Shown here: in pieces, positions 1-9,189 of the stretch | Layout of the letters: the number at the start of each line of letters is the position of its first letter | Position numbering within the stretch: position 1 is the first letter of the stretch | Notes under the pieces: model-generated | What the model was told of the DNA's origin: nothing | The model's database searches: none | The model's input: the letters and a program-made list of their open reading frames with translations, nothing else | Source: an uncultured Pseudomonadota bacterium | Lineage (GTDB): Bacteria > Pseudomonadota > Alphaproteobacteria > Rs-D84 | Assembly: GCA_902790415.1 (NCBI GenBank) | Contig: CADARU010000001.1 | Span: 50,071 to 114,070, forward strand | Length of the DNA: 64,000 bases | Direction of reading: 5' to 3' | Position numbers and translations under genes: made by a program

Positions 1-1629
1 AATGTTTTGATTTCATCAACCCATTTCATCAAAGTTCCAAAATTACCGGTCAATTCCACAGATACTGTTGGAACCGCACCCGCAATAATTTCGCCCTTGG
101 CACCATCAATAGAAACCCAATCACCTTCGGCAATAGTTACACCCGATGTTGTCTTCATTGTTTTGGTTTCATAATCTATCTTGATGTCTGGGGAGCCAGA
201 TACACATGGTGTACCCATACCACGCGCAACAACCGCCGCGTGTGATGTCATACCACCACGTGCGGTGATAACACCTTGGGCCGCGTTCATACCCGCAATA
301 TCTTCTGGGGATGTTTCAACGCGGATAAGCATAACTTTTTTACCTTCGGATGCCCATTTTTCCGCATCTTCGGCGTTAAATACCGCCTGGCCAACGGCCG
401 CACCTGGGGATGCCGGCAAACCGGTTGCAATAACCTTCTTTTCCGCCTTGGGATCCAACATAGGATGCAACAAGTGATTCAACTGGTCGGCACCAACGCG
501 CAAGATTGCTTCCTGTTTGGTCAACAAACCTTCTTCTACCATTTCAACCGCCATGCGAACCGCCGCCGCCGCTGTACGTTTACCGTTACGGCATTGCAAC
601 ATCCACAATTTTCCATGCTCGATAGTAAATTCCATATCTTGCATATCTTTGTAATGCTTTTCCAATTTTTCACGAACATCGCACAATTCTTTATAAACCG
701 CAGGCATTGCTTCTTCTAATGATACACGACCAGAATTATCTTTGCTCATCGGTTGTGGTGTACGAATACCGGCAACAACGTCTTCACCTTGGGCGTTAAT
801 CAGGTATTCGCCATAGTATTTATTTTCACCGGTTGCAGGATCGCGGCTAAAACATACGCCGGTTGCACTGTCATCGCCAGAATTACCAAACACCATTGCT
901 TGGACGTTTACCGCGGTACCCCAATCACCCGGGATATTATTTAATTTACGATATGTGATGGCCTTTTTGCTCATCCAAGAACCAAATACCGCACCAATAC
1001 CCAATTTTAATTGTTCCCATGGGTCTTGTGGGAAAACTTTGCCAATTTTGACACCGATTTCTTTGAATTTTTCAACCAATTCTTTTAAATCGTCCGCGGT
1101 TAATTCGGTATCAACCTTGTAACCTTTGTCTTCCTTCATGCGTTCCAAAGTGTGTTCGAACAAATCAATATCCGCGCCCAACACAACATCACTAAACATC
1201 ATGATAAAGCGGCGATATGAATCGTATGCAAATCTTTCGTTTCCAGAATGTTTTGCCAATGCCTTGACCGTTTCATCATTTAAACCCAAATTCAAAACCG
1301 TATCCATCATCCCAGGCATAGATACACGCGCACCAGAACGAACGGAAACCAGCAAAGGATTTTCCATATCGGCAAATTTTTTGCCCATAATTTTTTCAAT
1401 ATGACTGATACCGGCACGAACCTGGTCCATCAAATCAGATGGATATGTTTGTTTGTTTTCATAATAATATGTGCAAACTTCGGTTGTAACGGTAAATCCC
1501 GCCGGCACAGGCAACCCGACCAAATTCATTTCGGCCAAATTGGCACCTTTGCCCCCCAAAAGATTACGCATATCAGCACGACCTTCGGCATGTCCATCGC
1601 CAAAAGTATATACCCATTTATTGCTCATG
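1..1629 (-). CDS. ppdK: Pyruvate phosphate dikinase, N-terminal ~543 aa; the 3' part of the gene runs off the window start
   Basis: The reverse complement from ATG at 1627-1629 translates as MSNKWVYTFGDGHAEGRADMRNLLGGKGANLAEMNLVGLPVPAGFTVTTEVC..., the canonical PPDK N-terminus. Plus-strand ORFs in the track here are short and fragmented. The minus ORF is absent from the track because its stop lies outside the window. Confidence 0.85.
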
Positions 1630-1749
1630 GTTTCTCCTTTGTTAGTTTTTTGCGGGGTCATTGTCCAAAAAAAAACACATAATTGCAACGAAAAAACGAA
1701 AAAAATTCTCATTATTTTTATTTTTTTATTATTTCCATCATTTTTTCGT

Positions 1750-1778
1750 TTGGATGGCGATTCGTTTTGTGGTATAAT
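1750..1778 (+). promoter_or_regulatory. Sigma70-like promoter for the 1829 gene: TTGGAT, 17-nt spacer, TGgTATAAT (extended -10)
   Basis: ttggat at 1750-1755 and tataat at 1773-1778, with TG at -15/-14. It sits about 50 nt upstream of the RBS and ATG at 1829, in an AT-rich region divergent from ppdK. Confidence 0.5.
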
Positions 1779-1828
1779 GTTCCCAGAAAAGAACGAAGAA
1801 TTTTGTCGCAAGACAGGGAGAATGTGGG

Positions 1829-3007
1829 ATGTTTCGCAAACATAACTTGTGGTTTTTGACGGTTACATCGTGTTTGATGTTGATGTCTGTTGGTGCATTT
1901 GCTGACCCAACGCCACCTGCCGGCAATTATAATATAATTGGAACCGAAAATTATGCGGCGGGTCGTCCCATTGTTGCCTCCAAGGCCTATGTGGACAATC
2001 GTACGGATTTGGCGTATCATACATTAGATGTTGCAAAACAAGATAATATTGCGGCAAAAAGTGGAACGGCAAAAATCTTGATTCAGCCAGATACCGCGGG
2101 TGGTCAACCGGGAACAACAACCATAGCAACCAGCATCGTAACAACAGGAGCAAACGCCAATGCTGATGACAACTATATCCCAACCGTTGGCGCGGTCGAA
2201 GGGTTAATCAACACCGCGACCACAGATTCACATACACATGCGAACGGGACCCACACAGAAGTAACAACAAACGGCGCAGGTGCAAAAGTTATTGATGTCA
2301 AGGCCTATGGTGATAATGGTGAAGATTTTACAAACGACACTGACATTATTCAGGGTAATATGGCCTCTTGGCATATGGCTAATGACAATAAAATACCAAC
2401 AGTACGTGCGGTAAAGGCCGCATTGGATGCACAAACATCCGCCGCAGGGAACGCATACCAACCAAAATCGACAGGTACCACAAACCAGGTTAGCAATGCC
2501 GGTTCTTGGAAAACGTTGACTGACGGTACATACGTTACACAAACAACAAACGGAAACAATGTAACATTTGATATACCGGCCGCGCAACGCACCAGCGCAA
2601 CATCAGACGTTGTAACAAATGGTCCAAAACTGGTTACTTCGGGTGTTTTGGCAGATTATCATGACGCATCAAAGCAAGATAAATTGCCGTACAATGCAAC
2701 CGCCAAGGTTATTATTGCACCAACAACCGATGGTGGTGCGGCAACTGTGCGTGATATTACAAATTTGGGCACAGAAGTTAACTCAACCGACGACGGTTTG
2801 ACAACTGGTAAAGCAGTTTATGAATACGTTACAAATTATCACGATTCATCCAAGGTTGATGTCGCCCAAGGCACAGGCTACAAAGTTTTAACCACCGGGA
2901 CAAACGGAAATGTTACAACAGAATATTTAAAGGTCCCCGTAACGGCCAGTGGCGAACCAAGCGCAAGCAATGCGCCGACCACTGTTGCATCTATGTGGTT
3001 AGAATAA
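1829..3007 (+). CDS. Secreted Thr/Asn/Gly-rich protein with four internal repeats (fibre- or adhesin-like); hypothetical
   Basis: 392-aa ORF with an N-terminal signal peptide (MFRKHNLWFLTVTSCLMLMSVGAFA). Four repeats share the motif (I/L)-(P/V)-T-(V/S/G)-x-A-V-x-x-(L/Y): DDNYIPTVGAVEGLINT, NDNKIPTVRAVKAALDA, GPKLVTSGVLADYHDA, LTTGKAVYEYVTNYHDS. Own promoter and a downstream hairpin terminator. Confidence 0.6.
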   Translation: MFRKHNLWFLTVTSCLMLMSVGAFADPTPPAGNYNIIGTENYAAGRPIVASKAYVDNRTDLAYHTLDVAKQDNIAAKSGTAKILIQPDTAGGQPGTTTIATSIVTTGANANADDNYIPTVGAVEGLINTATTDSHTHANGTHTEVTTNGAGAKVIDVKAYGDNGEDFTNDTDIIQGNMASWHMANDNKIPTVRAVKAALDAQTSAAGNAYQPKSTGTTNQVSNAGSWKTLTDGTYVTQTTNGNNVTFDIPAAQRTSATSDVVTNGPKLVTSGVLADYHDASKQDKLPYNATAKVIIAPTTDGGAATVRDITNLGTEVNSTDDGLTTGKAVYEYVTNYHDSSKVDVAQGTGYKVLTTGTNGNVTTEYLKVPVTASGEPSASNAPTTVASMWLE

Positions 3008-3024
3008 AAAATACAACAACAAAC

Positions 3025-3058
3025 AAAAAACACCGGCAAAATGTCGGTGATTTTTTAT
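3025..3058. terminator. Rho-independent terminator (bidirectional) between convergent genes
   Basis: caccg-gcaaaatgt-cggtg hairpin at 3031-3049, followed by tttttt on the + strand and preceded by an A-run. Confidence 0.6.
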
Positions 3059-3070
3059 TTATTACTTTCT

Positions 3071-3808
3071 TTATCGTTCGGTCCAATAACATGTAACCAG
3101 TGCATTTTCCGGCGTATCGGCCGTTCGCACCTTGTGATATGTAACCAGACCATCTATTTTAACATCTATGAATACCTCGGGGGTGGTGGGACTGATTTCA
3201 TGTTTATAATTTAATTCTATACGTTGCAATTTATGCGCATCACGATACGCATAGCCAACACTTTCGGTTGCCCAAACCGCATAGACCGCGTTATTTATAT
3301 GCTGATTTTCATCTATGTCGTCAAAACGACATTTAAAGGTGTGCGTTTTTTGCGATTCAAAATCAGCAAACTTTTCAAAAGTCCGTTCGTATGCACGTAC
3401 CCCATCATTTGGCCAACTGTTTTTTATCCAATCGTTTATACGACATGGACGACGGCGCGCCAAATCTATCAACACCCATTGGGATGTTGCGCGAACCTTT
3501 AACGCGCCATCGGCACCACGAATTTCAAAATCACGCGTGGCACGCAGGTTATCTTGGACCGCCGGCCACGATGAATATTCCAACATTTCACCATTGCGTG
3601 GCATTTCAACAATATCAACCAAATAATGCGTTACAACCCATGCAATATTGTTTTCGTGAATAAATGTTCGTCCACAGCCCAACATTTCCGCATGTGTATC
3701 ACCCACGCCCTGTAATTCGTTCATCAAAATACCAGGACGCATGTTACCATACCTGTCGCATTGATAGGTTTGCAATTCACGTTTTATAACCAGTTTTGAA
3801 TTACTCAT
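3071..3808 (-). CDS. Acyl-ACP thioesterase (FAT family, double hotdog)
   Basis: Translation from the ATG at 3806-3808 (MSNSKLVIKRELQTYQCDRYGNMRPGILMNELQGVGDTHAEMLGCG...NIAWVVTHYLVDIVEMP...RDFEIRGADG...FKCRFDDIDENQHINNAVY) follows the acyl-ACP thioesterase pattern (Y..D..G....MG.L.N.L...HA; N..WV...L.EMP; D.D.N.HVNN). The start lies 1 nt after the valS stop. Confidence 0.7.
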   Translation of the reverse strand: MSNSKLVIKRELQTYQCDRYGNMRPGILMNELQGVGDTHAEMLGCGRTFIHENNIAWVVTHYLVDIVEMPRNGEMLEYSSWPAVQDNLRATRDFEIRGADGALKVRATSQWVLIDLARRRPCRINDWIKNSWPNDGVRAYERTFEKFADFESQKTHTFKCRFDDIDENQHINNAVYAVWATESVGYAYRDAHKLQRIELNYKHEISPTTPEVFIDVKIDGLVTYHKVRTADTPENALVTCYWTER

Positions 3809-3809
3809 C

Positions 3810-6209
3810 TTATTTGGTCTCTTGTTCTGCAACAACAAAGTCAACCGCATCCCCGGCAGCAATATCATTTGCACGCGCACCAGATTTAATCAAATCGTAC
3901 AAATTCGCCGGAACATCGCGCGGAACCGTCAATGTCGCCAACTTTGCGCCATTACCAATCTTGCGTTCGGTGCGCAAACCACGTACCGCCTTGATTGTGT
4001 TAATTGCATATTGCATATCGGAAACATCGGTATCATATTCCACGCGCACCGATGGATATTCGGTCAGGTGCAGAGTTTTTCCACCTTCGTATGGTTTGTA
4101 TATCTTTTGCCACAATTCTTCGGTCAGGAACGGAATAAACGGCGCATACAGACCGATTATGCTACGTAACACCGTCCACAATGTCCATTGTGCCGCACGT
4201 TTAGATTCGACACCATACTTTTCCGGCGACCAAAAACGGTCTTTGATAAATTCCAAATACTGGTCGCACAATATATCCCAGAAAAATGTGTCAATCGCTG
4301 CACGTGCGTTATAATTATCAAATTTATCCAAATTTTTGCGCGTTTCGGCAACCGCTTTGTTTAATTCAGACAAAACCCAACGGTCTTCTATTGGACGGCT
4401 AGCAACCGATGGGGCATCGCCAACCGGTTCAAAATCTTCCAAATTACCCAAAACAAATCTTGCAACGTTCCAAAGTTTCGTTAACAGTTTAGAACCACGT
4501 TTAACTTCGTCTTCAACATACGGTAAATTCGTTCCAATTGGTGCAGTTGCAATCCAATAACGCAATGCATCAACACCGAATTTTTCAATAGGTTCTTCGG
4601 GGTCGGTACCATTGCCCTTGGATTTAGACATTTTTTTGCCATGCTTATCTACAACAATTCCATGCATATAAACCGTTTTAAAAGGTACATCGCCCATGAC
4701 ATATATACCCATCATTATCATACGTGCAACCCAAAAGAATATAATATCAAATCCTGTGCACAAATAATCGGTTGGATAATAGTGTTTTAATTCCGGCGTA
4801 TCATCAGGCCAACCCAACGTTGAAAACGGCCACAAACCAGATGAAAACCACGTATCCAATGTATCTGGGTCGCGTGTTAATGTTTTGCCCCCCGATTGTT
4901 TAACCGCCGCTTCTTCGGTTTCGGCAACATAAACATTGCCATCTGCATCATACCATGCCGGTATATGATGTCCCCACCATAATTGACGAGATATGGTCCA
5001 AGGGCGAATATTATTCATCCATGACATAAACAAATTATATCTATGTTCTGGCAAGAATTTTATTTTGCCTTCTTCCACCGCCTTGATTGCAGGTATCGCC
5101 AACTTTTTCGCATCAACAAACCATTGCGTGGTCAACATTGGTTCAACCGGCACCCCGCCACGTTCAGAATATGGGGTTGGAATAACCCGGTCTTCAACCT
5201 TGGTCATCAAGCCGGCGGCCTCTATATCTTCGACAATCGCTTTACGTGCAGTGTATCGGTCCATACCACGATATTTTTCAGGCACAACACTTTCATTATT
5301 TAATTTTGCATCTGGGGTCAAAATACACAACGGCTCCAAATTATGACGAAGTCCAACCTCGTAATCATCGAAATCATGCGCCGGTGTAATTTTTACCGCA
5401 CCGGTTCCTTTTTCTGGGTCTGCGTGTTCATCGGCAACAATAGGAATTTCAATATCGGTAAGTGGAATAATCGCGCGTTTTCCGATTAAATGTTTTAACT
5501 TTTCGTTTTCCGGATGAATCGCAATCGCTTTATCACCAAACAAGGTTTCCGGACGTGTTGTTGCAATTTCAACAAAGCCACCGTCAACCAAAGGATAATT
5601 GAAATAATAAAACTTGCCATGTTCTTCGCGTGTTTCAATTTCCAAATCAGACACAGATGTTTGTTGCTTTGGACACCAATTTACCAACCGTTTATCACGA
5701 TAAATCAGACCTTCGTTATACATTTTAACAAACAGTTTTGTAACTGCACGCGACAAACCTTCGTCCATGGTGAATCTCTCGCGCTTCCATGCAGGTGTTA
5801 CCCCCAATGTATGTAACTGTTTAAAAATCTGGCCACCTTTGTCTGCGCGCCATTTCCACGCGGCATCCAATTTTTCATCCAAAGATAAAGTATGCGGATT
5901 TATACCACGTTTTGACAAATCACGTTCAACCAATAATTGGGTTGCAATCGCCGCATGGTCGGTACCCGGTTGCCACAACACATCAAAACCCGCCATACGT
6001 TTATAGCGACATATAATATCGGTCAAAACATTATCCAACGCATGTCCCATGTGCATATTTCCGGTAACATTTGGTGGTGGCATCATCGTGCAAAAAGATT
6101 TTTTTGATGAATTTACATCATTTGCCCAGAAATCATTTGAATCCCAAAATTCTTGGATACGTGATTCTATATCACGCGCGGCTATGTTTTTACCCAATTC
6201 TATTTTCAT
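3810..6209 (-). CDS. valS: Valyl-tRNA synthetase (short, 799 aa, no C-terminal coiled-coil extension)
   Basis: Class I aaRS motifs are present: PPPNVTGNMHMGHAL (HIGH-type) and KMSKSKGN (KMSKS). The overall ValRS-like sequence includes ...WQPGTDHAAIATQ... and the editing-domain region. Confidence 0.9.
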   Translation of the reverse strand: MKIELGKNIAARDIESRIQEFWDSNDFWANDVNSSKKSFCTMMPPPNVTGNMHMGHALDNVLTDIICRYKRMAGFDVLWQPGTDHAAIATQLLVERDLSKRGINPHTLSLDEKLDAAWKWRADKGGQIFKQLHTLGVTPAWKRERFTMDEGLSRAVTKLFVKMYNEGLIYRDKRLVNWCPKQQTSVSDLEIETREEHGKFYYFNYPLVDGGFVEIATTRPETLFGDKAIAIHPENEKLKHLIGKRAIIPLTDIEIPIVADEHADPEKGTGAVKITPAHDFDDYEVGLRHNLEPLCILTPDAKLNNESVVPEKYRGMDRYTARKAIVEDIEAAGLMTKVEDRVIPTPYSERGGVPVEPMLTTQWFVDAKKLAIPAIKAVEEGKIKFLPEHRYNLFMSWMNNIRPWTISRQLWWGHHIPAWYDADGNVYVAETEEAAVKQSGGKTLTRDPDTLDTWFSSGLWPFSTLGWPDDTPELKHYYPTDYLCTGFDIIFFWVARMIMMGIYVMGDVPFKTVYMHGIVVDKHGKKMSKSKGNGTDPEEPIEKFGVDALRYWIATAPIGTNLPYVEDEVKRGSKLLTKLWNVARFVLGNLEDFEPVGDAPSVASRPIEDRWVLSELNKAVAETRKNLDKFDNYNARAAIDTFFWDILCDQYLEFIKDRFWSPEKYGVESKRAAQWTLWTVLRSIIGLYAPFIPFLTEELWQKIYKPYEGGKTLHLTEYPSVRVEYDTDVSDMQYAINTIKAVRGLRTERKIGNGAKLATLTVPRDVPANLYDLIKSGARANDIAAGDAVDFVVAEQETK

Positions 6210-6282
6210 CTTTATACCCTATGGTTGTTTTCCGAAAAATAATACCAAAACAAAAAAGAAATTCAAGCATCTAGATTACATT

Positions 6283-7008
6283 TTAATCTGCGCGGACAAC
6301 ACGACAAAACACCACGCCATAAACTGCCGCTGCGCCCGCACGTTTTAACACGCGCGACAGTTCGGTAAATGTTGCACCCGATGTCATAACATCATCAACC
6401 AACAAAATCTTTTTACCACGAATTTTTTCTGGTTTTATTACATTAAAAACACCGCGAATATTTTCAAACCTTTGCTTGTGCGTTTTATGTCCCATATTTT
6501 CACGATATTTGCGCCGCACAGAATCAAAATCTAGGTGTGCATTGTATACGGCGGAAATTGGCCGCGCCAACAAAGTCGCCTGGTTATAACCACGATGAAA
6601 CAAACGCCGATTTGCCAATGGCACCGGCATAACAATATCTGGTGAAATATCAACATCACGCAGCGCCCAAATCATTGCACGCGACATAAATGTTGCATAC
6701 TTGATAACCCCACCATGTTTAAACGGCAACATTGCCGACCGCGACATATCATCATAGCGACACGTCGCACGAACAACATCCAATTCCCCCAGACCAGATG
6801 CACACACCGGACACATTGCACCCGGCATATTTTCATAACCATCTGGGAACGGGTAACCACATACCGCACAATGTGGTCCGTCAATCCAATCAAAACAACC
6901 CCAGCAATCACCACATAATTCACCATGAATTGAAACCGGCGCACTGCACAATGGACAAGACGCCGGAAACAAAAAATCTATTAAACGATGAAAAATTTTT
7001 CCTACCAA
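6283..7008 (-). CDS. ComF/GntX-family phosphoribosyltransferase-domain protein
   Basis: N-terminal Cys-rich zinc-finger (CPLCSAPVSIHGELCGDCW...CAVCGYPF) plus a C-terminal PRTase motif KKILLVDDVMTSGATF. Confidence 0.7.
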   Translation of the reverse strand: MVGKIFHRLIDFLFPASCPLCSAPVSIHGELCGDCWGCFDWIDGPHCAVCGYPFPDGYENMPGAMCPVCASGLGELDVVRATCRYDDMSRSAMLPFKHGGVIKYATFMSRAMIWALRDVDISPDIVMPVPLANRRLFHRGYNQATLLARPISAVYNAHLDFDSVRRKYRENMGHKTHKQRFENIRGVFNVIKPEKIRGKKILLVDDVMTSGATFTELSRVLKRAGAAAVYGVVFCRVVRAD

Positions 7009-8393
7009 CTCATACTTTTATATGTTTTGGAATCAACAGCATCCCCGAACATATTTCTTTTTTGTTTTGTTAATGTTTCGTATTGGTCATTAGAAATTAT
7101 TCGCAACAAAAATCCTTCGTCATCGCGCGCACTTAGCACCGGCACCACGCGTTGTTCGGCAACACCGGTATCACGCAAAACCTGTTCAATAATGGCCAGA
7201 CGGCGCGCCGCCAATTTACGACCAGACGATGTTTTGGTAACAGATTCCGGAATTGCAACCTGAATTGCACGTTTTGGATTATTAACAACAATTCCCGCAT
7301 ATTCAGACAACAAATTATAATTTTCACGCGACAAGGCGGAATCCGCACTGCGGAACTTTATCTTTATTTCTAATGGGCGAATCTTGTCTTCTTCGGACAA
7401 ATCACGTGACGAGGTAAACCCTTCAAACGAAGAAGATATATCACTGGCCACATCGAATCTATCGTCCATTGAATACGTAGACAAGTGTTTATTTTCTGAT
7501 AAAAACGTTTTTCTAAATGCCTTGCGTAATTCGGCCGGCGATAATTTTGTCATATCATCACGAACCGCGTGAATATCATAATTTTTTGAACGCGCCGCAG
7601 TACGTACAACAGGCGATGCATCATCATTGCGCGACACCACCATGCGCGATAATTTTACATCATCATCCGAATCGTTTGATGCGATTTTCTGTGATACGGA
7701 TTCATGTTCAAAATCTTGGACATTATCGGCGCGCGCAACATCAAGTGTTTCGATTTCTTTGACAGATTTTTTATCAGAAACACTGGCCTCGGCACGACGT
7801 TGCAATTCAATCAAACGCGCAATTTGTGCATCCAGATTTGAAACGCGATTTGTTAATTCGGCAACTTCATCTTCCGGTACAGATACAGCGGGTGCCGTAG
7901 ATGCTTTCTTGGATTTTACAATTTTTCCAATTTTGGTTTTTTTGGTCCTTGGTGCGGATACAGATGAATATGCATCAGACACCGATACGCCAGACAAACT
8001 TTCTTCTGGCAAAATATCATTAGAAGAAATTAGCGAAAATTCATCCGCACGCGGCATACGCAAAGGCGTATCGTTCTTTGCCCACAAATCAGAACTGGGT
8101 TTATTTGGAATTAAATAATCAGAATTTAATGCGATTTTTTCACCGGTATCTTTTGAAACATTTGCACTTGTTTTTGGTGCAACAGATGTACGCGAAACAA
8201 CACGACGTGTTGCCTTTTTGGCAGCCGTATTTTTTGCGACCGTTTTTGTTGCAACAGGTGCATTTTGAACCGGCACACCAAATTCACTGCGTGCAGACAC
8301 AGCCGCCGCAGACACATTAACCGCCGGCAAACGCGCCCCCGCAAACGCCGGCAAACATAGGAAAATTCCCAACCAAGAAACTTTTGTATGCAT
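7002..8393 (-). CDS. Secreted, largely low-complexity or coiled-coil protein with an OmpA/MotB-like C-terminal domain; hypothetical
   Basis: Signal peptide (MHTKVSWLGIFLCLPAFAGA), long Ser/Lys/Asp-rich region, and a C-terminal segment ...SSGRKLAARRLAIIEQVLRDTGVAEQRVVPV that matches the OmpA_C pattern (LS..RA..V...L...GV...R). Every + strand ORF inside it is short. Confidence 0.45.
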   Translation of the reverse strand: MHTKVSWLGIFLCLPAFAGARLPAVNVSAAAVSARSEFGVPVQNAPVATKTVAKNTAAKKATRRVVSRTSVAPKTSANVSKDTGEKIALNSDYLIPNKPSSDLWAKNDTPLRMPRADEFSLISSNDILPEESLSGVSVSDAYSSVSAPRTKKTKIGKIVKSKKASTAPAVSVPEDEVAELTNRVSNLDAQIARLIELQRRAEASVSDKKSVKEIETLDVARADNVQDFEHESVSQKIASNDSDDDVKLSRMVVSRNDDASPVVRTAARSKNYDIHAVRDDMTKLSPAELRKAFRKTFLSENKHLSTYSMDDRFDVASDISSSFEGFTSSRDLSEEDKIRPLEIKIKFRSADSALSRENYNLLSEYAGIVVNNPKRAIQVAIPESVTKTSSGRKLAARRLAIIEQVLRDTGVAEQRVVPVLSARDDEGFLLRIISNDQYETLTKQKRNMFGDAVDSKTYKSMSW

Positions 8394-8485
8394 AATGTTC
8401 CTTTCCTTCCATCTGCATCATAGAACAAATCACGAATCGCACGCAAGGGGAAAATTAATATCCAAGAACTATAATTTACATTTTT

Positions 8486-9151
8486 TTAACGCAAACGATA
8501 GACCAATGGAACACCGGCACGCAACGCTTCCAACCGCGCCTTGTCCGCACCACGGTTTGCCAAATCTAATAAATATTTAGAAATTATTTGTGCGCGATAT
8601 TCAACAAAAGATGTATATAAATTACTGTTCACAACAATCGCATTTTCATGAATACCATGCGCTAATAATTCATATTTCTGACCACCATTATTATAAATTT
8701 CCCACTGGTCAGAATCACAACATGCCTGATTTACGCGAATCAAACTCTCGTGATAACGACGACGAATTGTTTCTTCGGGGACATCATGCCCCCCCAGCGC
8801 AACCCGTTGACGCACACGTGCGATATTTTGTTCAACCGATGGCAAATACACATATAAAAACATTATTTTATATCCATCGTTTCTTGCACGTGTTATAACC
8901 TTGTTATGAAAACCGCCCGCCAAAGTTGTTTCCAATGCAAAAGAATAATGCGCATCAAAAATATCATGCATATTTTGAATTAAAATACGTCCTGCCTGTA
9001 ATGAAGACACGTTTTGTTCGCGCGCAATATCATCACAATTTAAAAAATGTATTTCTGGGTTTTCACCAATCAATTCACGCGCCAGTGTTGTTTTACCACT
9101 GCCGTTCGCACCACCAATTAGATAAAAAATTTTGTCAGAATAAATATTCAT
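8486..9151 (-). CDS. Zeta-toxin-like / AAA_33 P-loop kinase
   Basis: Walker A (LIGGANGSGKTTLAREL) followed by ...HFLNCDDIARE, which resembles the zeta/PezT catalytic D-D region. The likely ATG start gives MNIYSDK; the track's upstream extension uses a TTG. It sits 38 nt downstream of the 541-aa repeat-protein gene on the same strand. Confidence 0.5.
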   Translation of the reverse strand: MNIYSDKIFYLIGGANGSGKTTLARELIGENPEIHFLNCDDIAREQNVSSLQAGRILIQNMHDIFDAHYSFALETTLAGGFHNKVITRARNDGYKIMFLYVYLPSVEQNIARVRQRVALGGHDVPEETIRRRYHESLIRVNQACCDSDQWEIYNNGGQKYELLAHGIHENAIVVNSNLYTSFVEYRAQIISKYLLDLANRGADKARLEALRAGVPLVYRLR

Positions 9152-9189
9152 GTCTGACAAAGTATAATACAAAAAATCACAAATGTCAA

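Noticed and set aside
181-1682. Several + strand ORFs (98-147 aa) in the track
   Set aside because: They are antisense to the clearly identifiable minus-strand ppdK coding sequence, and their translations are low-complexity with no motif.
3822-6348. Multiple + strand ORFs overlapping valS
   Set aside because: They are antisense to valS, which carries HIGH/KMSKS motifs across its full length, and have no supporting RBS or motif.
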